Shown here: piece by piece, positions 28,626-36,867 of the stretch
How the letters are laid out: every line of letters starts with the position of its first letter
Position numbering within the stretch: position 1 is the stretch's first letter
NCBI GenBank assembly: GCA_963719085.1
Contig: CAVRAL010000001.1
Span: 1,152,001-1,216,000 of the forward strand
Length of the DNA: 64,000 nt
Direction of reading: 5' to 3'
Source of the DNA: a candidate division FCPU426 bacterium
Lineage (GTDB): Bacteria > Oederibacteriota > Muellerivitia > Muellerivitales > Muellerivitaceae
The notes under the pieces: generated by a model
The model's database searches: none
Told to the model about the DNA's origin: nothing
Seen by the model: only the letters and a program-made list of their open reading frames with translations
Made by a program: the position numbers and the translations under genes

Positions 28626-29234
28626 TCAGGACCCCTGCTTCTTCATATAAGGAGTGGATAACTTCTCCAAGTATTTGGCCAATAAATCCACCTCCACTTG
28701 AACACGGTCCCCGACCCGCTTCCATTTAAAAACCGTGTTTTCCACCGTGTGGGGAATCAAAGCGATTTCAACATCCGCGTCCTTCAAGGCCGCCACCGTC
28801 AGGCTGGTTCCATCCAAGGCGATACTGCCCTTTTCTACCACATAAACCTTGAGGGCTTCGGGCAGGCGGACCGTCAACCTTAGTCCCGCGCCCTCGGGTT
28901 TCTTCTCGATGATTTCCGCCGTGCCGTCCACATGGCCTTGGACAAAATGGCCGCCCAAGGGCTGGGAAAGGGTCAAGGCCAGCTCCAAATTCACCGGGTC
29001 CCCCGGTTTGAGGCCGCCCATCAAAGTCCGGCTCAAAGTCTCCGGCACCGCTTGAAATGAAAAATAAGGAGGTTTTAAGTCCATCACCGTCAGGCAGCAG
29101 CCATTCACCGCCACGCTGTCGCCAAGCTTCACTTGGCGCGACAGACTGGGCGCTTCCAGCGTGAGGAGCAAATCCGCGCCTTGTTTTTCCGCCGCCTTCA
29201 CTTTTCCTAATTCTTGAATGAGTCCCGTGAACAC
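28626..29234 (-). CDS. ribE: Riboflavin synthase alpha subunit
   Basis: MFTGLI, GDSVAVNGCCLTV, GGHFVQGHVDG, KGSIALDGTSLTV. Confidence 0.96.
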   Translation of the reverse strand: MFTGLIQELGKVKAAEKQGADLLLTLEAPSLSRQVKLGDSVAVNGCCLTVMDLKPPYFSFQAVPETLSRTLMGGLKPGDPVNLELALTLSQPLGGHFVQGHVDGTAEIIEKKPEGAGLRLTVRLPEALKVYVVEKGSIALDGTSLTVAALKDADVEIALIPHTVENTVFKWKRVGDRVQVEVDLLAKYLEKLSTPYMKKQGS

Positions 29235-30335
29235 TTAGTACCGGACCTTTCCTGTAATCAAATAATCATCGCCCAGGGGCTCCACCCGGGTTTGGATGAG
29301 CCGGGGAGCGTGGTTGGGATCGGGAAAACCCCGCCCGCCGATCCAGCCGGGGGCCGCGCCGCCGAAAAGCTTGGGAGACAAAAACAAAGCCACTTCATCC
29401 GCCAAGCGCTGGTCGATAAAGGACCCGTGAACACCCGCGCCGCCTTCCACCATCAGGGACCGGACCCCTTGCTGATGTAATCGACTCAAAACTTCCCTTA
29501 AAGATAACCGATTTTTCGACGCGGACACCCGGAAAACCAAAACACCCCGGCGCTTCAGCCGCCGCTCCGCCGCGGCCCCGGCCCGGGATGAGCAAAAGAC
29601 CAGCGTTTTTTGGGGCCCCTTGAACAAGGGGGATTTCGGGGAAACCCGAAGCCTGGAATCCAAAAGAACTTTCAGCGGCCATCCGTCCGAGCGTCCATGC
29701 CCGTCCAAGCGCACCGTAAGCCGGGGCTTATCCTTCAACGCGGTCCCGCTTCCGATTAAGACCGCGTCCACCTGGGAACGCAATTCGTTATTTTTCCGCC
29801 GTGCTTTTTCGCCCGTGATCCATTTCGACCGGCCGGTGGCGGTGGCTAATTTCCCGTCCAAACTGGCCGCCGCTTTCAAGAGTACCTTTGGACGGCCGTG
29901 AGCCTGGCTAAAGATAAAATCCGCGTTCAATTCCCGCGCTTCTTTTTCCAGCAATCCGTTGCGGACCAAAATCTCGGCGGCTTTTAAACGGGCAAAACCC
30001 CGGCCGCTCACCAAGGGATTGGGGTCCTTCATGGCCGCGACGACTCTTTTCACGCCGGCGGCGATGATCGCGTCCGTGCAAGGCGGCGTCTTGCCCTGAT
30101 GAGCATGAGGCTCCAAGGTGACATAAAGCGTGGCGCCCTTGGCCCGGGAACCTGCCCGCTTCAGGGCATTGATCTCGGCGTGGGCATGGCCGAAGCGCTC
30201 ATGAGCGCCTTCACCGACCATTTTTCCGCCCTTAACGAGAACCGCGCCGACCTTGGGATTAGGCGAAGCGAAGCGGCCTTTTTGGGCGGCGAGCCGAAGC
30301 GCCCTTTTCATCCATTTCGTTTCGGAAACCGCCAT
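29235..30335 (-). CDS. ribD: Bifunctional diaminohydroxyphosphoribosylaminopyrimidine deaminase / reductase
   Basis: PNPKVG, HAE, TPPC, SLDGK, SKWITG, VEGG. Start chosen at ATG 30335 (GAGG RBS); 30362 is an alternative. Confidence 0.96.
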   Translation of the reverse strand: MAVSETKWMKRALRLAAQKGRFASPNPKVGAVLVKGGKMVGEGAHERFGHAHAEINALKRAGSRAKGATLYVTLEPHAHQGKTPPCTDAIIAAGVKRVVAAMKDPNPLVSGRGFARLKAAEILVRNGLLEKEARELNADFIFSQAHGRPKVLLKAAASLDGKLATATGRSKWITGEKARRKNNELRSQVDAVLIGSGTALKDKPRLTVRLDGHGRSDGWPLKVLLDSRLRVSPKSPLFKGPQKTLVFCSSRAGAAAERRLKRRGVLVFRVSASKNRLSLREVLSRLHQQGVRSLMVEGGAGVHGSFIDQRLADEVALFLSPKLFGGAAPGWIGGRGFPDPNHAPRLIQTRVEPLGDDYLITGKVRY

Positions 30336-30366
30336 ACTCAGGTCCTCAAATCTTAAGATCATTTTT

Positions 30367-30442
30367 TACAGTGATAAACGCGGATGCACGCGGATGAAAC
30401 CTGAATTAAATATCCCGTTTTTAAAAACCTTTATCAGCGTCC
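30367..30442. repeat. Palindromic element, family B copy 2 (right arm partial)
   Basis: TACAGTGATAAACGCGGATGCACGCGGAT ... ATCAGCGTCC. Confidence 0.65.
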
Positions 30443-30695
30443 GGCTCTTTGCCGAGGGGGTATTAGTATGCACGCCTTCGACGGTCCAATCAACCCGGTC
30501 CGGAGTATCGACCGGATGCGTGCAAACTGGGAAAAAGGCCGCTCCTTGGAACTTCATTTTTTATCAGCGTTCGCGCCGCTCTTCATTTAAGACTCTAAAG
30601 AGAGCGGCATTGTCCCATATTCATCCAAGCATTCGAACGGCGGTATATGGGGCATCTAGGTTTATCCATGTTCCATAGATTTAAACCGATGTTCT
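30430..30695 (-). ncRNA. Structured leader of the rib operon containing motif copy 2 (not an FMN riboswitch)
   Basis: Four or more consecutive hairpins. Shares TCGCGCCGCTCTT and GAGCGGCATT with 18004-18031. Confidence 0.4.
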
Positions 30696-30773
30696 TAGTC
30701 CTTTTCAAAAGCCCCGCCAGCGGATAAAATCACCATTCGATTTTCAACCTGACCGCTCGAAAAGGGGTACAAA

Positions 30774-31382
30774 ATGCCGACTTTAGTTCTGGTGCGCCAT
30801 GGCCAATCCCAATGGAACTTGGAAAACCGCTTCACCGGATGGGTCGACGTTCCCTTGACGGAGTTGGGCGAACAGGAAGCCCATCGCGCGGGCAAAAACT
30901 TGAAGGGCATGAAATTTGACATCGCCTTCACTTCCGAGTTGCAACGGGCCCAAAAAACCTTAGCCGTTATTTTAGGCGAAACCGGCCAAACCGGCCTTTC
31001 CATCATCAAGGACAAAGCCCTCAATGAACGCCATTACGGCGATCTGCAAGGCCTGGACAAAGGCGAAACCGCCAAGAAATACGGCGATGAGCAGGTCAAA
31101 ATTTGGCGCCGCAGCTACGATGTGCCCCCGCCCAACGGTGAATCCTTAAAGGATACCGCCGCCCGGACCATTCCTTATTTCGAGGACAAGATCGTCCCCT
31201 ATTTAAAAGAAGGAAAAAACGTGATCGTGGCCGCCCACGGAAATTCCCTGCGCTCCATCGTGATGCACCTGGAGCATTTGACGAAGGAACAAGTGCTGGA
31301 ACTCAACCTGGAAACCGCCGTTCCCCGAGTCTATGAATTGGACTCCAACTTGAAAATTCTATCGTCCAAAGACTTGAAATAA
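30774..31382 (+). CDS. gpmA: 2,3-bisphosphoglycerate-dependent phosphoglycerate mutase
   Basis: [36 protein letters not shown]. Confidence 0.97.
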   Translation: MPTLVLVRHGQSQWNLENRFTGWVDVPLTELGEQEAHRAGKNLKGMKFDIAFTSELQRAQKTLAVILGETGQTGLSIIKDKALNERHYGDLQGLDKGETAKKYGDEQVKIWRRSYDVPPPNGESLKDTAARTIPYFEDKIVPYLKEGKNVIVAAHGNSLRSIVMHLEHLTKEQVLELNLETAVPRVYELDSNLKILSSKDLK

Positions 31383-31387
31383 ACCCC

Positions 31388-32227
31388 GTGCGGACCCAAA
31401 TCCCATTCGGGCGGTTTTGCGCCTTGGCGTTCTTCGCCGCCCTAGGCCTGTTAACGCCCTGGGCCTGCGCGCCCCGAGCCCTCCTCCAATCCGAGCCTCC
31501 CGCGGGAACAACCCAGGTGACGACGAAGCCTATCCCTTCGCCCGCGCCCACGGCCGCCTATGTCCCCTCGGACCTACCGCCGGAATTAACCACCGGACAA
31601 TTATTCGGCTTCCGCCAGCCTCCCCATTTAACCGCCGACCCCGAAACTGGAAAAATGGCCCAAGCCCAAGTCATCGCGGCCTACGAGCGTTTGAAAAGCA
31701 CCGCCGCCCAAAACGGATGGCACCTAATCCTGGTTTCGGGCTACCGCTCCTATTGGCACCAGGTGCAGGTTTGGAACGACCGTTATCACCAGGTCTCGCC
31801 TGACGGCAAACTTCCCGAGGCCGAGCGGTTAAGGGCGGTCATGGCTTACGTGGATCTGCCCGGACTTTCCCGGCATCAATGGGGCACGGAACTGGACATT
31901 TCGGAAGAAAGCCTGCGGGGACAACTGTTACACCAATCCGACGACCTACCCGAACGGATCAAACAATTTTACAAATGGATGGACGAGAATGCCCCCACCT
32001 TCGGTTTTTGCCGGACCTATAAAGGAACGGGCGGATTGATCCAAGACGAACCCTGGCATTGGAGCTATTCGCCTTATTCCCGAGTCTACAACACCCAGCT
32101 CCAAGCCATCACCGATTTCAGCCTGATCCAGCAGGACAAGGTGGAAGGCTCGGCTTACATCCTCAAACATTTTGATTTCATTTATAGGGAATTAGAAAAA
32201 TCCGTCGACCCCGCCTGTAGTAACTAA
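31388..32227 (+). CDS. M15B (VanY-like) D,D-carboxypeptidase lipoprotein
   Basis: SGYRS, PGLSRHQWGTELD, EPWHW. Lipobox-like WAC. Confidence 0.88.
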   Translation: MRTQIPFGRFCALAFFAALGLLTPWACAPRALLQSEPPAGTTQVTTKPIPSPAPTAAYVPSDLPPELTTGQLFGFRQPPHLTADPETGKMAQAQVIAAYERLKSTAAQNGWHLILVSGYRSYWHQVQVWNDRYHQVSPDGKLPEAERLRAVMAYVDLPGLSRHQWGTELDISEESLRGQLLHQSDDLPERIKQFYKWMDENAPTFGFCRTYKGTGGLIQDEPWHWSYSPYSRVYNTQLQAITDFSLIQQDKVEGSAYILKHFDFIYRELEKSVDPACSN

Positions 32228-32254
32228 AAAACGCCAGCACGGCCAACCCTTTTG

Positions 32255-32339
32255 CAATGATGGACGCGGATGAACGCTGATTCGAATAACATAAATTAGG
32301 TTTGATCATAATCGGCGTTTATCAGCGTTCATCATTGTT
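32255..32339. repeat. Palindromic element, family B copy 3
   Basis: CAATGATGGACGCGGATGAACGCTGAT / ATCGGCGTTTATCAGCGTTCATCATTG, between convergent genes. Confidence 0.85.
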
Positions 32340-32358
32340 AATTTTTTTCGATTTTATT

Positions 32359-33234
32359 TTAAGCCTTCAAACCGATGACCTTCAAAGGATGGCGTGAGAC
32401 GCCGATTTCCAGGCGGTCCCCCAATTTAAACGGAAACTCCAGGTTCGCCCCATCCAAAAAAATACGCCCTTGCCGCATATAGGAAATCATCCTGATTTTT
32501 TGCCGGGGGCCCAGAACGCCCCTCAACAACTTCCGGACGCCGAATTTGCGGTGATAAACTTCCCGAACCACATATTGAAAAGAAGTGGAGGTCGGGGCGA
32601 GTTTTTTGCCTCCGGCCGAAAAAAGGGCGGCCGTGGAGCCCGCCGCCGTTCCGATCCAAACCCCGCTGGAAAGCTGTTCCTCCGCCCGTCCGCCGGCTTC
32701 CAAAATATACCGGGACGTGCCGGCCGGATTGCCGGCCGCCACCAATATCTCGTTCAATACCAGCCAGGGATTTCGCTTTCCATTCACCGAAAACTCGAGC
32801 CGGGTAATTTTCCGGGTGCCCACCCGGCCTTTGCGGTAATCGGCCAAAACCTTCGGGAAGGCCTTCTCGTCGCAGCCGCTGAAACGCGCCACACTGTGCT
32901 TCGGGTCTGAATTCACCCCGAGGACCGGCACTTGCCGCAAATGGTGGGAAACCTCCAGTAAAGTCCCGTCCCCGCCCACGGACACAACCAGGTCAAATCG
33001 GCGGTCCAATTGCTTCAGGTTGTGGATGCGGCTTCGAAGGACCTGGGTGGTTTCGTATCCGGCCCCCGCTAAAACCTTCCGGACGGATTCCAGGCTGGCG
33101 TGATGCCTTTCATGGCTGGCGCGCAAAACATCCCAATAATCCCCTTTTTTAAAATGGGAAGCCAGTTTGCGGGCGGGCAGGTTGCGGGTGTAGGCGCTTT
33201 CCTTATAGACAATCAGAACGCGTTGTTTCGGCAT
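32359..33234 (-). CDS. nadK: NAD(+)/NADH kinase
   Basis: GGDGT, LNE, TAAGSTA..SAGG. Confidence 0.9.
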   Translation of the reverse strand: MPKQRVLIVYKESAYTRNLPARKLASHFKKGDYWDVLRASHERHHASLESVRKVLAGAGYETTQVLRSRIHNLKQLDRRFDLVVSVGGDGTLLEVSHHLRQVPVLGVNSDPKHSVARFSGCDEKAFPKVLADYRKGRVGTRKITRLEFSVNGKRNPWLVLNEILVAAGNPAGTSRYILEAGGRAEEQLSSGVWIGTAAGSTAALFSAGGKKLAPTSTSFQYVVREVYHRKFGVRKLLRGVLGPRQKIRMISYMRQGRIFLDGANLEFPFKLGDRLEIGVSRHPLKVIGLKA

Positions 33235-33253
33235 GGGTTTCCTATGGATTTTT

Positions 33254-33835
33254 CTATTTCAGGGAGAACAAACCGACCCGGATCATCATCACCGCGTAGG
33301 CGGATAAAAGAAGGGCCGCCAGTTTCGAGCTGACCCGGGCTCCCGGCTCCCCCATCCATTTGATGAGGCGGTCAGAATAACCAAAAACAAGCCAGGCAAG
33401 CAACAGGTTCACAATCAGGCACAGGGCCACTTCCAGAAAAGAAAAACGGCCGCGCAATAAGATAAGCGTGGTCAGGACCGCCGGGCCCACCAAAAGCGGG
33501 ATCCCCAGCGGCACCACACCGGCGCCTTTGACGCCTTTGCCCAGGGACATTTTCTGGTCCCACACGATATCCCGGAGGGCCACCACCAAAATGAGAAGGC
33601 CGCCGGCGATTTGAAAATCACCGGTTTTGAGCCCCAAGGCCAAAAGCACCAGCGGCCCCAAGGGAATAAATAAAAGACCCACCCCGCCGGCGGTAAAAAC
33701 CGAATAACGCAAAACTTCCTGGCGGTCTTTGGGTTTTAAAGTCGAGGTCATTTGGACGAAAGACGGAAGGACGCCCACGGCGTCCATGGCCACAAAAACG
33801 GGGAGAAATAGGCTCAAGAGGTCGGAGAAGTTCAT
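33254..33835 (-). CDS. MarC family integral membrane protein
   Basis: MDAVG..P.F, FQIAGGLL, VVPLGIPLLVGP; ~6 TM helices. Confidence 0.9.
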   Translation of the reverse strand: MNFSDLLSLFLPVFVAMDAVGVLPSFVQMTSTLKPKDRQEVLRYSVFTAGGVGLLFIPLGPLVLLALGLKTGDFQIAGGLLILVVALRDIVWDQKMSLGKGVKGAGVVPLGIPLLVGPAVLTTLILLRGRFSFLEVALCLIVNLLLAWLVFGYSDRLIKWMGEPGARVSSKLAALLLSAYAVMMIRVGLFSLK

Positions 33836-33885
33836 GGGCTTATTGTACAACGAATAGGATCAAGGCCGGGCCGGGGAAATGCGGC

Positions 33886-34821
33886 TTACCAACTCACGCT
33901 GCAGCCGCCGGCCGAGTCCGCCGCCGTTTGATCATAAGCGTAATAGGGCAGGCTCTTGTTCACGCGAAAAATAAAGCTGGGACAAGTGGGAAACGAGCCC
34001 GCCGTGAGCATTTGAATCCAAGCGAATCCGCCCGGAATGGTATTCAGCTTGACGCAATAAATGTCCCCCGCCTCGATCGAATTGGTATCCGCGCCCAAGG
34101 CCGCCGTTTTACAAATGGTCGAAGCGGATGAAAAACGGGAAGCGTCGGGCACCCCATCGTGGTCCACTAAATTTCCATTTCCCATATAGGCGATGGAGTT
34201 CAGGGTGTTTCCGGAAGCGTCCGCCAGATAAAAGGACAAGACCGAATTTCCAAAGTAATCCACTTGAATGTCGTAATTCGGCCCGACCGTGGAAGAGGAC
34301 ACTAAATTGTCATCGCTAAAACCATAGGTGTAATAAGCGTAGGAAGCCGGGTAATTCACGTAATAGCAGTTGCGGGTCACCGACCCCATCTCCACCACGG
34401 CGTTCGCCGTTCCCGCGCCGAGCGAATCGATGGCAAGAGCTCCGATCGCCAGCGGACTTTGAATAATGGGCGGCGGTCCCCCGGCGCCAACTCCCGGATA
34501 ATAGGTGTTCAACTGCAAGGATAAAAGCTTGGCGCCCGGCGGAAGGGGTACGTCCAAATCAATGGCCCCCGTGGAAGCCGGCTCCGAAAGAGGCCCCGTG
34601 GTCCCCTCTAACAGCGAGACGCCATTGGCGCCATCCACCCGGTAATAAAGCGAATTGTATGAGTTCCCCAAAAACTCCGCTCGCAAATCATTGTTCATGG
34701 GGATGGAAATGTTCAAGGCCATGGCCCGGGCCGGCGACAACGGGCTTTTGGTGCATCCAATCACGAATAAATCCAACGCCAGGGTCAAAAGAAAGGCGCC
34801 CGCGAAAAAGTAGTTTTTCAT
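33886..34821 (-). CDS. Hypothetical lipoprotein
   Basis: MKNYFFAGAFLL...VIG|C lipobox; beta-rich body with several Cys. Start moved to ATG 34821. Confidence 0.75.
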   Translation of the reverse strand: MKNYFFAGAFLLTLALDLFVIGCTKSPLSPARAMALNISIPMNNDLRAEFLGNSYNSLYYRVDGANGVSLLEGTTGPLSEPASTGAIDLDVPLPPGAKLLSLQLNTYYPGVGAGGPPPIIQSPLAIGALAIDSLGAGTANAVVEMGSVTRNCYYVNYPASYAYYTYGFSDDNLVSSSTVGPNYDIQVDYFGNSVLSFYLADASGNTLNSIAYMGNGNLVDHDGVPDASRFSSASTICKTAALGADTNSIEAGDIYCVKLNTIPGGFAWIQMLTAGSFPTCPSFIFRVNKSLPYYAYDQTAADSAGGCSVSW

Positions 34822-34847
34822 GCCCCAAACCTCGTTTCGAATCCCGC

Positions 34848-35981
34848 TTAGAGTTTCACACCGTAAGAAGCCCCGACCGTCCAATAGCTGTAATCCACGT
34901 TAAGGCTATGGGTGCTGTCCGCGTTCTGGTGAATGATGAAATCATAGCCCGCCGAAAGCGTGAGGCTCGATTGGGCGTCCATTTTCAAAGCCAAGGAGGG
35001 CGTCAAGCCGAAGAGGAACCCGCCATCATCGTAAAGCCCGGAAGTGAAATCCGAGGCCGAATAGCCGTTGGGCAGGATGTATTTGATCATGCCGGCCAAA
35101 GCGAGGTCTCCCAGCGCCAAGGTCGGCGCCAAGTAAAAACGCTGGCCCAGCGAATTTTGAGGTTCGGTCGAAAGTGATCCCCCGTAAAGCCTCTCAGCCG
35201 GCAGGAAAAACTGTCCGCCTATCTCATAGGAAAACCCTTTCGGGTCATTGAAGGCGAAGGACAGGTTAACGTTTGGCCCCAATCGCAGGGTATCGACGCC
35301 TGAAACTTGCGTGGTCAAAAAGTAAAAGGCGGACAAACGCAAAGCGCTGGTTTGGCCTTGGGCGAAAGTCTCCACCCGGTTCAAAGCCAGATAAAGGGAA
35401 TCTCCCAGCTTTTCCGAGGACGGAATGGAGCCATAGTCCGGATTCAAGGAGCCGGAGTAATAATAACCGGCCGCCACTCCCCAATCGGTTGTCCCGGAGG
35501 GGAACGCCAATCCATACAAGGCGCTGAAACCGAAACCCCGTCCCTGGTAGCGGGTGTCGATGAACTCCGTCGGAACATCGGAAGCCGATTCTTTCACTTC
35601 CCAACTCGCGTCCCCTGTCGGGAGGTTGGCCGCCAGATCCAGCATGGCGGGGGTTCCAAACATTTGAAAATGAATCCCGGTTCCAATCACCGAATCGGTC
35701 ATATCCGTCAAGTTCAGGGTTTCGGTGCCGGCCGTCGAATCCGTGTAGCTTCCATTGGCAAAAGCCGTCTGGCCGTAAAGGTCCCAACCCTTATCCAATT
35801 GGAGTCCAATGTTAAAAGGGACCATTATTTCATGGCCGTCAAAAGGCTCATCCGAATTTGCCGCCCAACCGTTGTACTCAACGCCCAAATTCAAAAAGGA
35901 TTGGGCGCACAAGGGACCGACAAAAGCCAAAAACAATCCCGCCAAGACAAACCATCTCAGATTCAAAGAAGATGGCCTCAT
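34848..35981 (-). CDS. Putative outer-membrane beta-barrel protein
   Basis: Signal peptide, alternating amphipathic beta-strands, C-terminal WTVGASYGVKL strand. Confidence 0.7.
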   Translation of the reverse strand: MRPSSLNLRWFVLAGLFLAFVGPLCAQSFLNLGVEYNGWAANSDEPFDGHEIMVPFNIGLQLDKGWDLYGQTAFANGSYTDSTAGTETLNLTDMTDSVIGTGIHFQMFGTPAMLDLAANLPTGDASWEVKESASDVPTEFIDTRYQGRGFGFSALYGLAFPSGTTDWGVAAGYYYSGSLNPDYGSIPSSEKLGDSLYLALNRVETFAQGQTSALRLSAFYFLTTQVSGVDTLRLGPNVNLSFAFNDPKGFSYEIGGQFFLPAERLYGGSLSTEPQNSLGQRFYLAPTLALGDLALAGMIKYILPNGYSASDFTSGLYDDGGFLFGLTPSLALKMDAQSSLTLSAGYDFIIHQNADSTHSLNVDYSYWTVGASYGVKL

Positions 35982-36712
35982 GGGACATTCTCCCCGGGCG
36001 GAACTTTAACGGTGATATTCAAGTTGGAGGTACCGCCCACCGCCGGATCGGTTTGCCCGTTGTCATGGTTCACGTTCACGTTATTCTGAAATTGGAGGTT
36101 TAGATCCTGCAAGGCCGGGTCATTGGTGGGACCCGTCGACTTCAAATGGCCCAGCCAATTACCATCCAGGAATTGGCCCTCGCTTCCCGCGCCGAAATCC
36201 TGCGAATGACCATGGAAATGGGAATAAACCGTTCCGTCAAAAACATCCAGAACCAGTTTTTGGTTCTCGGGGTTAAAGTTCATCGAAAAATGGGTTCCCC
36301 GCACGCCGCAAACCACGCCGCCGGCCTGGATCTCGAAGGCCGAATCGCTGGAGCCCAATTTAGTCACCCGGGCGATCAACTGGCCGACCAGCATTTTGAA
36401 TTTCAAAACCTTACTTTTGTCCGAGGGCTTCTCAAGTTTGCTGAGCCAAAAATCGGTGTTGGGCTTGATGGTCAATTGGGATCCGTCAAAAAACTGGAGG
36501 ACCGCGTTGGAATCCTTCTCCGTGACGACCCTTTGTCCCTGAACCACGGTGTCGCCGACCTTGGCCAAGCGGGCCTTATGGCTGGTTTGGGATTTGATCT
36601 CGACGGTACCGGAAACCGAAATGAAAGTCCCCTTGGGGGAAACCTTGGCGAATGCCGCGGTTCCGGAAATGAAAAAGGCGAAGGCGAGAAGGCTTGAGAA
36701 AATTCGGGTCAT
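35978..36712 (-). CDS. Secreted FecR-domain protein
   Basis: Signal peptide AFA|K. GDTVVQGQRVVT..DS.A.L.F.DGS...FEIQAGGVVCGVRGTHF. Confidence 0.88.
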   Translation of the reverse strand: MTRIFSSLLAFAFFISGTAAFAKVSPKGTFISVSGTVEIKSQTSHKARLAKVGDTVVQGQRVVTEKDSNAVLQFFDGSQLTIKPNTDFWLSKLEKPSDKSKVLKFKMLVGQLIARVTKLGSSDSAFEIQAGGVVCGVRGTHFSMNFNPENQKLVLDVFDGTVYSHFHGHSQDFGAGSEGQFLDGNWLGHLKSTGPTNDPALQDLNLQFQNNVNVNHDNGQTDPAVGGTSNLNITVKVPPGENVP

Positions 36713-36867
36713 GGGGCTTCTTTCAAAAACGAATCTACGAGTGGTTTAAAACGGGGCCATTGTAGCCGAAAGAAAAGAAGTCGGATAAGGAAAGACGAAA
36801 AAAATGTAAGAAGGGATCAAAAAAGGGTTAGCGATTTACCTGTTGATCGGAAAAGGAAAGGGGTTGT

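Noticed and set aside
30366..30557. 63-aa ORF as a leader peptide for ribD
   Set aside because: No RBS, and its C-terminus is simply the translated family B arm.
30363..30773. FMN riboswitch, hammerhead ribozyme or group II intron domain V in the rib leader
   Set aside because: No RFN consensus. CUGAUAA lacks the hammerhead G8 and a matching GAAA. GAGCCGGA is not followed by a domain V hairpin.
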